This document shows, piece by piece, positions 38,649 to 49,498 of a stretch of 64,000 nt of DNA. Where the stretch lies: positions 64,001-128,000 of the forward strand of contig JAVRCV020000034.1 of NCBI GenBank assembly GCA_034530615.2. The letters are read 5' to 3'. Made by a program: the position numbers and the translations under genes. The notes beneath the pieces were generated by a model. The model saw only the letters and a program-made list of their open reading frames with translations. It made no database searches and was not told the DNA's origin. Within the stretch, counting starts at the first letter, position 1. Every line of letters begins with the position of its first letter. Source of the DNA: Aulosira sp. ZfuVER01 (GTDB lineage: Bacteria > Cyanobacteriota > Cyanobacteriia > Cyanobacteriales > Nostocaceae).

Positions 38649-39998
38649 TCAACTACCAGTAAGAGGTTTGATATGAGCCGGAAATCTGCCATTTTGAAGA
38701 GCTATAACTGTGCTAAGAGAATCTTGTACCCAAAATTGCCTACCAAAACGGACAAGTTGACGAGAATTACCGTCTTGGACTATGCCAATTACAGGGATTT
38801 TTGCTTTGTCTTTGTCACCGGATTGTTCTTTTAAAATATTCCTTAAGCGATCGCGTTCCTCAATGTTGACTGCTTGTAAGGGAGTTAGTTCTACCATTAC
38901 TAGTTTTACGGTATCAACTACTTCAGCATCTTCAACAATAAATTGAGTTTGTTCGTCTCGTCGGTCTACTTTACCCCAAATAATCAATCTGGCATCAACT
39001 TCGAGCAGAGAACTAATACGCTCGTAATTTTTAGGAAAGACTACTGCTTCTGATTGAGAAGTTAAATCTTCGATTTGCAAAATTGCCATTGGGTCGCCTT
39101 TTTTGGTGATGACTTTTTTCACATTATTGAGCATGACAACTGCACAAAGCAGAGTGTCTTCCCGTTGTTCACCAAGTTGCGACAGGTTAATTGGCGCTAA
39201 AACTAGAGATGATTGTTTAATAGATTTAAGGGGATGGTCTGATACATAAAACCCCAAAAGCTCTTTTTCCATCCGTAACTTTTCTTGGGGAGGGAAATCG
39301 GAAACAGCTTGAGCTTTAGGAGCAATTTCAAACGCATTATTGGCAGTTTTATTATTAGTAGAAGCAAATCCCCCTAATAAATCAAATATACTTCCCTGAC
39401 CGCTGGCTCGGTCTTTGGCACGAGATTGTGCCCAGTCATAAACTAGTGGTAGATCTTGACTTAGCTGGTGACGATTGGGTTGGATTTTGTCAAAAGCGCC
39501 ACAGGAGATCAGCGACTCTAAAGTTCGACGGTTAACAGCACGCAAATCTACGCGATCGCAGAAATCCCCCAGGGATTTAAACTCTCCGCCTTCGTTTCTG
39601 GCTTCTAAAATAGAAGCGATCGCATTCTGTCCCACATTCCGAACCGCCGAAAATCCAAACAAGATTTTTCCGGCTGCTGGCGTAAAATCCACACCAGAAC
39701 GATTAATATTTGGCGGCTCGATTTGAATGTTCATACTCATACAGGTGGCAATATATTTCTGCACCTTGTCGGTGTCCCCACTGTTAGCCGTCAACAGCGC
39801 CGCCATATATTCCAACGGATAATTAGCTTTTAAATATGCTGTTTGATAAGTTACATACCCATAAGCAGTTGAATGAGATTTATTAAAACAATTGGAAGCT
39901 ATCAAACCATTTTTAATGGCAAAATTATGGTCTAGCTCAACCCCAATGTCATAAACATTTTGTTCGCCCAATGATTTACGTGTAACTATCTTGACCAT
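38649..39998 (-). CDS. dnaE: DNA polymerase III alpha, C-terminal half (DnaE-C) with split-intein C fragment
   Basis: 36-aa Int-C MVKIVTRKSLGEQNVYDIGVELDHNFAIKNGLIASN followed by extein CFNKSHS; HhH and OB regions. Confidence 0.97.
   Translation of the reverse strand: MVKIVTRKSLGEQNVYDIGVELDHNFAIKNGLIASNCFNKSHSTAYGYVTYQTAYLKANYPLEYMAALLTANSGDTDKVQKYIATCMSMNIQIEPPNINRSGVDFTPAAGKILFGFSAVRNVGQNAIASILEARNEGGEFKSLGDFCDRVDLRAVNRRTLESLISCGAFDKIQPNRHQLSQDLPLVYDWAQSRAKDRASGQGSIFDLLGGFASTNNKTANNAFEIAPKAQAVSDFPPQEKLRMEKELLGFYVSDHPLKSIKQSSLVLAPINLSQLGEQREDTLLCAVVMLNNVKKVITKKGDPMAILQIEDLTSQSEAVVFPKNYERISSLLEVDARLIIWGKVDRRDEQTQFIVEDAEVVDTVKLVMVELTPLQAVNIEERDRLRNILKEQSGDKDKAKIPVIGIVQDGNSRQLVRFGRQFWVQDSLSTVIALQNGRFPAHIKPLTGS
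39891..39998 (-). other. DnaE split intein, C-terminal fragment
   Basis: VYDIGV..DHNF...GLIASN|C splice junction. Confidence 0.95.
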
Positions 39999-40139
39999 TT
40001 TTCATTAATTCCTTAAGTAAATATATATAAATGGTTTAATTGATAAAGTTATTAGGATTTTAAACTAGGCAATGCCCATACTACACAATCTATTCGAGAG
40101 TGAACACTGCTATACTCTTACACGAATAATAGGGACTTA

Positions 40140-40306
40140 AGGGGATGAGGGAGCAGAGGGCAAGGGGGTCAAGGGGGACAAGGAAGACAAGAAATTTTAG
40201 ATTTTGGATTTTAGATTGAAATCCAATCCAAAATCGCAAATCCAAAATTGTTTCCAATGCTCAATGCCCCATTCCCATTGCCCCATTCCCATTGCCCAAT
40301 GCCCAA
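40140..40306. repeat. Composite STRR array upstream of gatA
   Basis: GGGGACAAG-type units, TTTTGGA/AATCCAA inverted units, CCCATTG/CCCAATG units. Confidence 0.8.
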
Positions 40307-40352
40307 CCATAATGTACTAAAATCAAGGACTTGAGTCACAAAGGGAGCAATC

Positions 40353-41813
40353 ATGGCATCCATCCGCGAGTTGCACGAACAACTAATTAAAAAAGAACGT
40401 TCTGCCGTCGAAATTACCCAAGAAGCTTTAGATCGCATCCAAGCGGTAGAGCCAAAATTGCACAGTTTCTTGTGTGTAACTGCACAACAGGCGTTAGAGC
40501 AGGCTCGTGCAGTGGATGCTAAAATCGCTGCTGGTGAAGAAATTGGACTGCTAGCAGGAATTCCTATTGGTATCAAGGATAATCTCTGTACCAAAGGCAT
40601 TACCACCACTTGCGCCTCCCGAATTTTAGAAAATTTTGTGCCACCTTATGAATCAACGGTAACGCAAAAGCTGGCAGATGCTGGCGCTGTGATGGTGGGA
40701 AAAACCAACTTGGATGAGTTTGCAATGGGCAGTTCCACAGAAAACTCTGCCTACCAAGTCACGGCTAATCCTTGGGATTTATCGCGGATTCCTGGTGGTT
40801 CTTCTGGAGGTTCAGCGGCGGCGGTAGCGGCAGAAGAATGTGTTGTCGCCCTTGGTTCTGATACTGGCGGCTCAATTCGTCAACCTGCTTCTTTCTGCGG
40901 TGTAGTTGGGCTAAAACCAACTTACGGATTGGTTTCTCGTTACGGTTTAGTAGCTTATGCTTCATCTTTGGATCAAATTGGGCCTTTTGGGCGCACAGTA
41001 GAAGATGCGGCAATATTATTAAGTGCGATCGCAGGTTACGATCCCAAAGATTCAACTAGCCTCAAAGTTGAAATTCCCGATTATGCAGCTAGTTTAAAAC
41101 CAGACCTGAAAGCAAGAAAAAAGCTGAGAATCGGTATCATCAAAGAAACTTTTGGTGAAGGCTTGGACTCGGTGGTAGAACAAGCTGTTACCAAAGCGAT
41201 CGATCAACTACAACATTTGGGAGCAGAAATTCATGTAGTTTCCTGTCCCCGCTTCCGCTATGGCTTACCTAGCTACTACATCATTGCCCCTTCGGAAGCT
41301 TCCGCTAACCTAGCTCGTTATGATGGTGTGAAGTATGGTTTGCGTGTGCCTGATGCAGATAATTTACTGTCAATGTACACTCGTACCCGCGCATCTGGTT
41401 TTGGTACAGAAGTGAAACGGCGGATTATGATTGGCACTTATGCCCTTTCTGCTGGCTATTACGATGCTTACTATCTCAAAGCACAAAAAGTCCGCACTCT
41501 GATTAAGCAAGACTTTGAAAGAGCATTTGAACAAGTTGATGTGTTAGTTTGTCCTACTGCTCCCACTACAGCATTCAAAGCAGGGGAAAAAACTACCGAT
41601 CCCTTGAGTATGTATTTAACTGACTTGATGACTATTCCTGTCAACCTTGCAGGTTTACCAGGTTTAAGTGTGCCTTGTGGATTCGATGAGCAAGGGCTAC
41701 CTATTGGATTGCAGCTAATTGGCAGGGTGTTGCGAGAAGATCAACTATTTCAGGTGGCTCACGCCTATGAGCAATCAACTACTTGGCATATCAGTCAACC
41801 AAAAATAGCTTGA
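40353..41813 (+). CDS. gatA: Asp/Glu-tRNA amidotransferase subunit A
   Basis: Amidase signature [41 protein letters not shown] and SANLARYDG. Confidence 0.97.
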   Translation: MASIRELHEQLIKKERSAVEITQEALDRIQAVEPKLHSFLCVTAQQALEQARAVDAKIAAGEEIGLLAGIPIGIKDNLCTKGITTTCASRILENFVPPYESTVTQKLADAGAVMVGKTNLDEFAMGSSTENSAYQVTANPWDLSRIPGGSSGGSAAAVAAEECVVALGSDTGGSIRQPASFCGVVGLKPTYGLVSRYGLVAYASSLDQIGPFGRTVEDAAILLSAIAGYDPKDSTSLKVEIPDYAASLKPDLKARKKLRIGIIKETFGEGLDSVVEQAVTKAIDQLQHLGAEIHVVSCPRFRYGLPSYYIIAPSEASANLARYDGVKYGLRVPDADNLLSMYTRTRASGFGTEVKRRIMIGTYALSAGYYDAYYLKAQKVRTLIKQDFERAFEQVDVLVCPTAPTTAFKAGEKTTDPLSMYLTDLMTIPVNLAGLPGLSVPCGFDEQGLPIGLQLIGRVLREDQLFQVAHAYEQSTTWHISQPKIA

Positions 41814-41816
41814 AAA

Positions 41817-41972
41817 TGGGCATTGGGCATTGGGCATTGGGCATTGGGCAATAGGCAAGAGTTATTAGTTATTTCTCCCTGAGGCCCCTTGTCTCCCTTG
41901 TCCCCCTTGTCCTCCTTGTCCCCTCTACTCCCCTGCTCCCTCATCCTCCTTGTATCCTTACTTCCTATTCCC
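41817..41972. repeat. Composite STRR array downstream of gatA
   Basis: (TGGGCAT)x4 plus a variant, then CCTTGTCCC-type units. Confidence 0.85.
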
Positions 41973-42137
41973 TAAAAAAATAGTGTAGTTTTGTAAATTT
42001 TTGTATATAATCATACTAATAATTCAAGCTCATTAAAATTTTACTGTTCCGATTCATCCTAGCTGGACAATTACGAAGATACCAGTTAGGAAAATTTTTG
42101 TGTTTATAGGTACTAGTAATTTCACGTAATCAGGTAC

Positions 42138-43028
42138 ATGAGCATAGACAAGTTGCAACTACCATTGGATTTTTTATTAAAGCTGCTACTTTGTGTCGGT
42201 ATTATTGCCGCGATCGCCTATTTAGCATTTTGTTTGTTACTTTTTATTCAGCAACCGCGGTTCATCTTCTTTCCTTCTAGTGTTATTGAAGACACACCAG
42301 AGTTTTTTGATATTGCGCATGAAGAAGTTTGGTTACAAGTACCGATGCGATCGCGTCAGGTGGAACGCATCCACGGTTGGTGGCTCAAAGCTAAACAACC
42401 GAATGACAAAGTGTTGTTGTATCTACACGGTAATGGCATTAATATTGGTGCCAATATTAACCATGCCTATCGATTTTATCAACTAGGATTTTCTGTATTG
42501 CTAATTGATTACCGGGGTTATGGACGCAGTGAAGGTGCCTTTCCCAATGAAAAGAGAGTTTATCAAGATGCAGTTACAGCCTGGAATTACTTGGTACAGC
42601 AACGACAAATTTCACCTGGGCAGATTTTTATTTATGGGCATTCTTTGGGGGGTGCAATAGGCATTGATCTGGCAGTAAAACACCCAAATGCGGCTGGATT
42701 AATTGTGGAAAGTTCTTTCACCTCCATTCGGGAGGTAGTAGCTTACAGGAACTTGTTTCGGATGTTCCCCGTCGATTTAATTCTGACACAGCGGTTTGAA
42801 TCGATTAAAAAATTACCAAAATTGAAAATGCCAGTTTTATTTATTCACGGCACCGCCGATTCCAGTGTGCCGTTTTTCATGAGCCAAAAACTATATGCGG
42901 TTGCACCTGAAGCCAAAAAGCTGATTTTAGTTCCTGGCGCAGGACACAATGATGTAGCAGATGTAGCAGGTGTGGAATATATGCAATGGGTGGATGATTT
43001 TGTTCAACAAGTTTATGTACCCAGGTAA
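42138..43028 (+). CDS. Alpha/beta hydrolase (membrane anchored)
   Basis: YLHGNG, DYRGYG, GHSLGG, HGTAD and GAGHND motifs. Confidence 0.9.
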   Translation: MSIDKLQLPLDFLLKLLLCVGIIAAIAYLAFCLLLFIQQPRFIFFPSSVIEDTPEFFDIAHEEVWLQVPMRSRQVERIHGWWLKAKQPNDKVLLYLHGNGINIGANINHAYRFYQLGFSVLLIDYRGYGRSEGAFPNEKRVYQDAVTAWNYLVQQRQISPGQIFIYGHSLGGAIGIDLAVKHPNAAGLIVESSFTSIREVVAYRNLFRMFPVDLILTQRFESIKKLPKLKMPVLFIHGTADSSVPFFMSQKLYAVAPEAKKLILVPGAGHNDVADVAGVEYMQWVDDFVQQVYVPR

Positions 43029-43361
43029 GGGAACGGTTAATAGAGATGAATATTTGACACTAAAAGTATCCGATCGCAACCATTATTCAAGTGTTTTCAA
43101 TAGCTTCTATTCTTGGCTTTTAAGTATTTATTACAAGAGATGAATTGCTAATTTATACTGCATATTAAATCATCAAGCTTATTTGTAAAAACAAATAACT
43201 AATGACCGTTTTCGCACAAAAATATCCAAACTTAAACAGGCATTAGCATATTCAACTCACTTAAAAAATAATACATAACAATCCGGATAAGTTAGCTCAT
43301 AGCAGAAGAAATTATACAGGTGGAACTACTATCTGCTCCAGTACTGGAAGAGACTTAAATT

Positions 43362-44441
43362 ATGACTATGGCACCTGTATATTTAGTAACAATTCCTGGA
43401 AATAATCCTATTGAAATTTCTCAAGATGAATTGCGATCACTGCTCAGGGAAATTGAGTCCGAATTGCATCAGAGTAAGGTTTATCGCCGTGCTTTGGCTA
43501 CCTTACAGCAGTTGCTAGGAGCATCTGCCGAGCAAGCAAAAATTTTATTTAAAGCTGTCAGTAGAGAAGCAATTGGTTTAGCATTTCAGCAATTTGCAAC
43601 ACATGGTCAGCAAGTTGTAGATAGTAGCACTCAGACAGATGATACTAATATTTCTGCCAGGGTTGAACAAGAAAAATTAGAAAATTCAGCACAGCGGTTA
43701 ACAAGTGTTAAATCACACGCACAAGAATCTATTGCAAATACCACTTTGGGTAATTCACCTACACAGACGAACACATCTGTAGATGTAGCAAAAACCCCAG
43801 AATCTAAATTTCCCACAGCATGGATGAAGCGATTTAATCTTAATAAACAAACGTCTAATGCTGAACAAAATAAGCTAACAGCATCTGAAGAATATGCCGT
43901 AAGTTTGCGTGAAATTAGTCAACAACTGCGCCAAGCTCGTGAGTCCAAAGGGTTGTCTTTGATGCAACTGCAAGCATATACTCTGATACCACTCCATTAT
44001 ATGGAGGCTTTAGACAATGGTAATTTAGATTTATTACCAGAAGATGTATTTATTCGTGGCTTTATTCGCATTACAGGCAATGCTTTGGGATTAAATGGTA
44101 CAGCCTTAGCAGCTTCTTTACCCAAACCTGAAACAGTCAAATCAGTTTTGCCATCTTGGTGTCAAGCGAAAAAAGCGTCTGAAGTTTCGGGACTGGAAAT
44201 CCGCCCGATGCATTTGTATGTTGGCTATACAGCCCTTGTTGCTGGAGCAGTAGGAGGATTATCCTTGATCTCTCAACAAGCCAACTCTGAAAAAACGCTG
44301 CAAGTTAATGTTGATAGTCAACCCTCTTCATCCCTATCGCAGTTTAAACAGAAGACGGAAACAACTACTAAACCAGGAATTAAGTCTAGTAGTACTAGTG
44401 TCATAGTCGGGCCAGATATTTCCCCACCAGAGGCGCTTTAA
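43362..44441 (+). CDS. Helix-turn-helix (RodZ/HTH_25-like) domain protein
   Basis: LRQARE.KGLSL...LP.DVFIRGFIR...NALGLNG followed by a TM segment. Confidence 0.8.
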   Translation: MTMAPVYLVTIPGNNPIEISQDELRSLLREIESELHQSKVYRRALATLQQLLGASAEQAKILFKAVSREAIGLAFQQFATHGQQVVDSSTQTDDTNISARVEQEKLENSAQRLTSVKSHAQESIANTTLGNSPTQTNTSVDVAKTPESKFPTAWMKRFNLNKQTSNAEQNKLTASEEYAVSLREISQQLRQARESKGLSLMQLQAYTLIPLHYMEALDNGNLDLLPEDVFIRGFIRITGNALGLNGTALAASLPKPETVKSVLPSWCQAKKASEVSGLEIRPMHLYVGYTALVAGAVGGLSLISQQANSEKTLQVNVDSQPSSSLSQFKQKTETTTKPGIKSSSTSVIVGPDISPPEAL

Positions 44442-44462
44442 TTAGGGCGTGGTTTCGACTTG

Positions 44463-44496
44463 GATCGCTCTTTTGCACTGCTTGTAGAAGAGCGAT
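44463..44496. terminator. Hairpin downstream of the HTH gene
   Basis: GATCGCTCTT / AAGAGCGATC arms. Confidence 0.5.
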
Positions 44497-45096
44497 CGCA
44501 TTTTACTTAGCCTATATACCTCCCAATTAGCTTTAATCTCAACATATTTGCTGAATAACAGGTTAACATTAACTTGTGTATAAATAACTAGATATCTCGA
44601 TATCAATAAAAAGTAAACTTTATCAAAGTTACAGACTTTTAACTGCTTTGTGTCTGCAAAATAAATAGTTGTGCAAGGTTAATTTTTAGGCAATATCTGC
44701 TTTATTAATTTTAGAATTTTTATTTTTAATTTTAATTAAAAGTTAATTTTAAATTATAGAAAAATACTGGATATATTTCCCATTAATTCATTAAGGGTGG
44801 TAAAAATACCTAATTGATTTTATAGTAAAAGTCAATATATTTATAAGTATTTCATTTGAGTTTTCTACCTTATTGTTTATTAAACAACCTTATTTACCAT
44901 GAACATATAAGGCTAGAAAGCTTACTATAGCTATAAACTAGCCTTTTACTCAGTTCAAAGCCTAGAAAGTTAGGATATATATAAATTCACTGGCAGAGAT
45001 TAAATCTTTAATGAAGCTCATGTTTATCAAGTTGCTTTTTCAAAAATCTAAGTATATTTTCAGAATATATAGTTCTCTTGGTGTTCTAAGTTTCTT

Positions 45097-45789
45097 ATGA
45101 ACAATTCATTTCTTCCTGCATTGTTAACAACAACCACTATTGCTTTTGCTGCTTCAGTAATACCAGCACAGGCGTTTGAATTGGGGTTCACAAACAAAAC
45201 TAATAATGGATCAATCAATGTGGGTTCCCAATTTACAACAACTGTTGATGATATAGGCTCCGGAAAAGTTAAGTTTACATTTAGCAATCCTGGCCCAACA
45301 GATGCGACAATTACGCAGATTAATTTTGGAAAAACTAACTTCCTTAATTTATTGAGTTTCTCCTCTCTGAGTAGTACAAATCCCCATGATTCAGATCTAG
45401 GAGTCAATTTCAGCAAAGCTACTAATCCTACAAATCTTCCGGCTATATTTGGCTGGAATCCTGCAATAACTTTTGACGCTAAAAACCCATCTGGTTATCA
45501 GAAATACGGTGTAGATAAAGGTGAGTCTCTGTCAATCATATTTAATTTGGCAAGCGGCAAAACATTTAGCGATATCGAAACAGGATTTAAAACTGGAACC
45601 TTAGCAATTGCTACACACGTTCAAAGTATTGGTGGCTCTAGTGGTTTTAGTGATAAGTTTGAAAGCACTTATAATACTAAATCAGTACCAGAACCAAGCA
45701 CAATCCTTGGACTTGCAGCTTTTGGCATGAGTGGTTTATTGATTCGGAAGAAGCGCAAAAATGCCAACGCTGAAAAGGTGACAGCTTAA
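45097..45789 (+). CDS. PEP-CTERM sorting domain exoprotein
   Basis: Signal peptide (..PAQA), HVQSIG motif, C-terminal VPEPSTILGL-TM-RKKRK. Confidence 0.92.
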   Translation: MNNSFLPALLTTTTIAFAASVIPAQAFELGFTNKTNNGSINVGSQFTTTVDDIGSGKVKFTFSNPGPTDATITQINFGKTNFLNLLSFSSLSSTNPHDSDLGVNFSKATNPTNLPAIFGWNPAITFDAKNPSGYQKYGVDKGESLSIIFNLASGKTFSDIETGFKTGTLAIATHVQSIGGSSGFSDKFESTYNTKSVPEPSTILGLAAFGMSGLLIRKKRKNANAEKVTA

Positions 45790-46070
45790 TTAAAGTTCAA
45801 TTCAGAATTCTCAGACTCATGTTATAACCCAGCAATTTTTCTGTAAAATATACGCATTGTAGAGGCAAGAACCACATTAAATTTCTGAGAAATGTTGTAA
45901 TTGAAAATTTGAAACCATAGATAAACAAAAAGGTACTCTCATCAATATCTGTGTACCTCTTGTGTAAATCTATGGTTTTTTGCTTTCTATTACCTAGCTT
46001 TGATTTTAAATCTAAGTTTAATTAATAAGTCTGTTGGAAAATAAGGCCAATACTCACAAAATGAGGAGTT

Positions 46071-46373
46071 TTACGCTTTATTCAGCCAAGACTCTAATGC
46101 GGTTTTTGCTATTCTCGTTGTCACAAGAATAATGAACATACTCAAAATGCCAGTTTTGTAAAGATTCTGGTTGACATCATTCTCAACCTGAGGTTCATAG
46201 GTAAGAGAGGTATGATAATAGCAGTTCCGGTAGAGTGCGCATGTAGTACCGTCAGTAGTTTGCGCGATCGCTAAAGTGGTTATAGATGCTATTAAGCCTG
46301 CAACAATTAAAGATGTAAAGCGATTCATAAGTTGTGAGCTTAGAAAATCGATATTACTTACTACACAGGACAA
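46071..46373 (-). CDS. Hypothetical small membrane protein
   Basis: Two hydrophobic segments; start uncertain (MNRFTS likely). Confidence 0.5.
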   Translation of the reverse strand: MSCVVSNIDFLSSQLMNRFTSLIVAGLIASITTLAIAQTTDGTTCALYRNCYYHTSLTYEPQVENDVNQNLYKTGILSMFIILVTTRIAKTALESWLNKA

Positions 46374-46516
46374 TCAAAGGATTTCCGAAATTATCTCAAA
46401 TTAGCTATAAAGCATATACCGTAAGGTTTTAAGCCAAATTTGAGTTGACTCTCTACGCACTCTCACTCACCTTTAGTCACAGTCTTTATGAAGTGCATAA
46501 AGTTGACTCATGACAA

Positions 46517-47833
46517 TCAAGGACTTAGGATTTTACCTCGACATTCTCCAAATCCAACTCGCTTGTAACCTGCTTTCTCACAATATCCGCGAAGGATCAC
46601 TTCATCTCCATCAGATAAAAATTTTCTGAGTTCACCTGTAGGTAGTGCAATAGGTTTGGAACCACGTTGAGTCATCTCCAGCAAACAACCCTGAGTACCT
46701 TCTTCTGCACCAGAGACTGTTCCACTAGCAAGTAAATCTCCCGAACGCAAGTTGCAGCCATTACTTGAGTGATGGGTAAGCATTTGCGCTATTGTCCAAT
46801 ACATCTGCTGGAAAGAACTACGACTCAAACGAAACGGTTGCGAACCCTGTTCTTGCATCTGGGCTGAACGAATCCAAACTTCCAGCGTCATATCGATACC
46901 ACCCAAACTAGAATTCAGTGGTGAAGAGAGATAAGGTAGCGGCTGAGGATCTTCTTGACTGCGACCAAAAGCCGGACAGCGAAAGGGTGCTAAAGCTTCT
47001 AAGGTGACGACCCAAGGAGAAATTGTTGTCGCAAAACTCTTGGCTAAAAATGGGCCAAGGGGTTGGTATTCCCACGCCTGGATATCTCGTGCTGACCAGT
47101 CATTCACTAAGCACAATCCAAATATATGTTCTTCAGTTTTATCTATATGTATGGGTTGTCCTAACTGATTTCCAGCACCGACAAAAAATCCAACTTCCAA
47201 CTCGTAATCCAGCATTTGAGAAGCTGTAAAGCTGGGGGCTGAATCTTCTGGTTTCTTGATTTGTCCACTGGGACGCTGAATAACAGTATTACTAGTCACA
47301 ATTGAGGAAGCCCGCCCATGATAAGCAATGGGTACATATTTGTAGTTAGGAAGTAATGGATTATCTGGACGGAAAAGCTTCCCTACATTTGTGGCGTGAA
47401 ATATTGAGGCGTAAAAGTCAGTATAATCACCAATGATTGCTGGTAGTAAAAGTTCAGCTTCAGATCGGAAAATGAGAATTTCTGCTTCTGGAGGAGGCTG
47501 TGGTGTGTCGTATCGCAACAACTCGCTTAAACGATGACGCAACGCTAATCTCGCTTGGCTTTCCATTCCCATCAATAAATTTAAATTTGGTGCTGTAAAT
47601 GCTGCTTGCATCTGTTCGGGAAGTTCTGAAAATAAGCCTAGTTGGGAACATCTAGCTAAATCTAAAATCTTGTCTCCAATTGCAACCCCAATTCGCGGCG
47701 GTTCAGCGCTACCCTGAATGCGGAATACACCAAAAGGCAAGTTTTGGATTGGAAAATCTGCGTCTTCTTGATTGGCTGACTCTACCCAACTGCGTAGATT
47801 TGGGTCATGAGTGGCGTCAATGGTATAGGTCAT
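46517..47833 (-). CDS. fahA: Fumarylacetoacetase
   Basis: DFPIQNLPFG, GDYTDFY, YHGRASS, LDYELE, NDWSARDIQAWEY and GDLLASGT motifs. Confidence 0.95.
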   Translation of the reverse strand: MTYTIDATHDPNLRSWVESANQEDADFPIQNLPFGVFRIQGSAEPPRIGVAIGDKILDLARCSQLGLFSELPEQMQAAFTAPNLNLLMGMESQARLALRHRLSELLRYDTPQPPPEAEILIFRSEAELLLPAIIGDYTDFYASIFHATNVGKLFRPDNPLLPNYKYVPIAYHGRASSIVTSNTVIQRPSGQIKKPEDSAPSFTASQMLDYELEVGFFVGAGNQLGQPIHIDKTEEHIFGLCLVNDWSARDIQAWEYQPLGPFLAKSFATTISPWVVTLEALAPFRCPAFGRSQEDPQPLPYLSSPLNSSLGGIDMTLEVWIRSAQMQEQGSQPFRLSRSSFQQMYWTIAQMLTHHSSNGCNLRSGDLLASGTVSGAEEGTQGCLLEMTQRGSKPIALPTGELRKFLSDGDEVILRGYCEKAGYKRVGFGECRGKILSP

Positions 47834-47974
47834 AAGTGGAGATGAGGTGAGTGGAGGAGTAGGTAGACTCACATCCTGCACTTAAAAGGGTATACCAAGA
47901 GCAGACAGATAAAAAGTATCAAAATGTAACAATAAAATAGGCGATGCAATTTCTGCAACTTGTAGGAAAAAACA

Positions 47975-48295
47975 ATGGATTGGATATACCTTCTGATTGC
48001 TGGGTTGCTGGAGATGGGATGGGCAATTGGTTTGAAGTATACACAGGGATTTACGAAGCTTGTGCCTAGTATTGCTACTGTTGCTTGTATGATAGTGAGT
48101 TTTGCTTTCTTATCAATAGCGCTGCGCACATTACCAGTGGGTACAGCTTATGCCATCTGGACTGGTATAGGAGCCGCAGGTACGGCTTTGATGGGTGTAA
48201 TTTTGTTGGGAGAACCTGCTGAATTCAGGCGTTTTTTCTGTATTGGTTTAATTATGGCTGGTGTGCTGGGGCTGAGGCTTGTTTCCTCACATTAG
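47975..48295 (+). CDS. sugE: SMR efflux transporter (SugE/Gdx type)
   Basis: [18 protein letters not shown] and [14 protein letters not shown] motifs. Confidence 0.85.
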   Translation: MDWIYLLIAGLLEMGWAIGLKYTQGFTKLVPSIATVACMIVSFAFLSIALRTLPVGTAYAIWTGIGAAGTALMGVILLGEPAEFRRFFCIGLIMAGVLGLRLVSSH

Positions 48296-48389
48296 TCTTA
48301 ACCTGGAAGCAGGTGCGATCGCACAAAGTACAATTTGGCATCCAAAGCTGTATTCTCAAATAGGGTATTCTGCATTTGTAAATTACTAT

Positions 48390-49289
48390 ATGTCTGCTGG
48401 ACAAAAACTACGACAGTTATTGGCGCGTCCTGAAATTATTGTTATTCCTGGAGTTTACGACTGTCTGGGTGCTAAGTTGGCTGAAAACTCAGGTTTTGAA
48501 GTAGTAGCTACTAGTGGTTTTGGCATTGCTGCTTCTACATTGGGTTTACCAGACTACGGTTTTCTTACCGCTACGGAAATGCTCTATAGTGTAGGGCGAA
48601 TTGCGCAATCAATTACTATTCCCTTGATTGCTGATTTGGATACTGGCTACGGTAACGCTTTGAATGCAATCCGGACTGTCAAAGATGCTGTACAGTTGGG
48701 TTTGGCTGGGGTGCTGCTAGAAGATCAGGAATGGCCGAAAAAGTGCGGTCACTTTGAGGGTAAGCGAGTTATCCCGCTTGCAGAACACGCCGGAAAAATC
48801 CGCGCCGCAGTTGAAGCCCGTGGTGATAGCGATCTGGTAATCATTGCTCGCACAGATGCGCGTGCTACCTTGGGTTTAGAAGAAGCGATCGCTCGTGGTC
48901 GGGCTTATATCGCTGCGGGTGCAGATATACTCTTTGTAGAAGCTCCCCAATCTGTAGAAGAATTAAAAGCGATCGCAGATGCTTTCCCAGATGTGCCACT
49001 AGTGGCTAATATCGTTGAAGGTGGTAAAACTCCACAACTAACTGCTTCTGAGTTACAGCAATTAGGCTTTAAAATAGTGTTTTTTCCGCTTACTGCTCTG
49101 TTCGCTGTCACTAAGGTAATGGCTGCTTGCTTGACTCACTTAAAAACGCAGGGAAACACGGCGAATTTTGCAGATTTAGTCAGCTTTCAAGATTTTCAAG
49201 AAATCATCGGTGTTCCTAAATATCTGCAAATAGAAAAGAACTTTGCAGCAGAAAACTACACACCAATTTCTGACACAATCCAGAAATAA
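48390..49289 (+). CDS. Isocitrate lyase/PEP mutase family enzyme (PrpB-like)
   Basis: PG.YD, D.DTGYG, EDQ..PKKCGH and IARTDA motifs; start trimmed to ATG 48390. Confidence 0.9.
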   Translation: MSAGQKLRQLLARPEIIVIPGVYDCLGAKLAENSGFEVVATSGFGIAASTLGLPDYGFLTATEMLYSVGRIAQSITIPLIADLDTGYGNALNAIRTVKDAVQLGLAGVLLEDQEWPKKCGHFEGKRVIPLAEHAGKIRAAVEARGDSDLVIIARTDARATLGLEEAIARGRAYIAAGADILFVEAPQSVEELKAIADAFPDVPLVANIVEGGKTPQLTASELQQLGFKIVFFPLTALFAVTKVMAACLTHLKTQGNTANFADLVSFQDFQEIIGVPKYLQIEKNFAAENYTPISDTIQK

Positions 49290-49498
49290 AAGTGTTTATT
49301 TTATTAGACATTGCCTACGAAAATAAAAACATGTAGGTAATGCCCACCCTACGAAGTTTTCACTGGTTGCTGAAGGACCTAAAAATCAGGATTAGAGATG
49401 ATTTTCTCCCGAAATTGAAAAAAGAAGGTTAAAAAACTGGGTTAGCGTTACCGACAATATGGGAAACTTGGCAATAGTTCTAAGACAATAAATTTAAG

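Noticed and set aside
40140..41972. CRISPR array
   Set aside because: Repeats are 7-9-nt tandem units without unique spacers, and no cas genes are present.
47834..47974. Guanidine riboswitch upstream of the SugE/Gdx-type gene
   Set aside because: No ACGR-loop twin hairpins or ykkC-type conserved segments recognisable by eye; an Rfam scan would settle it.
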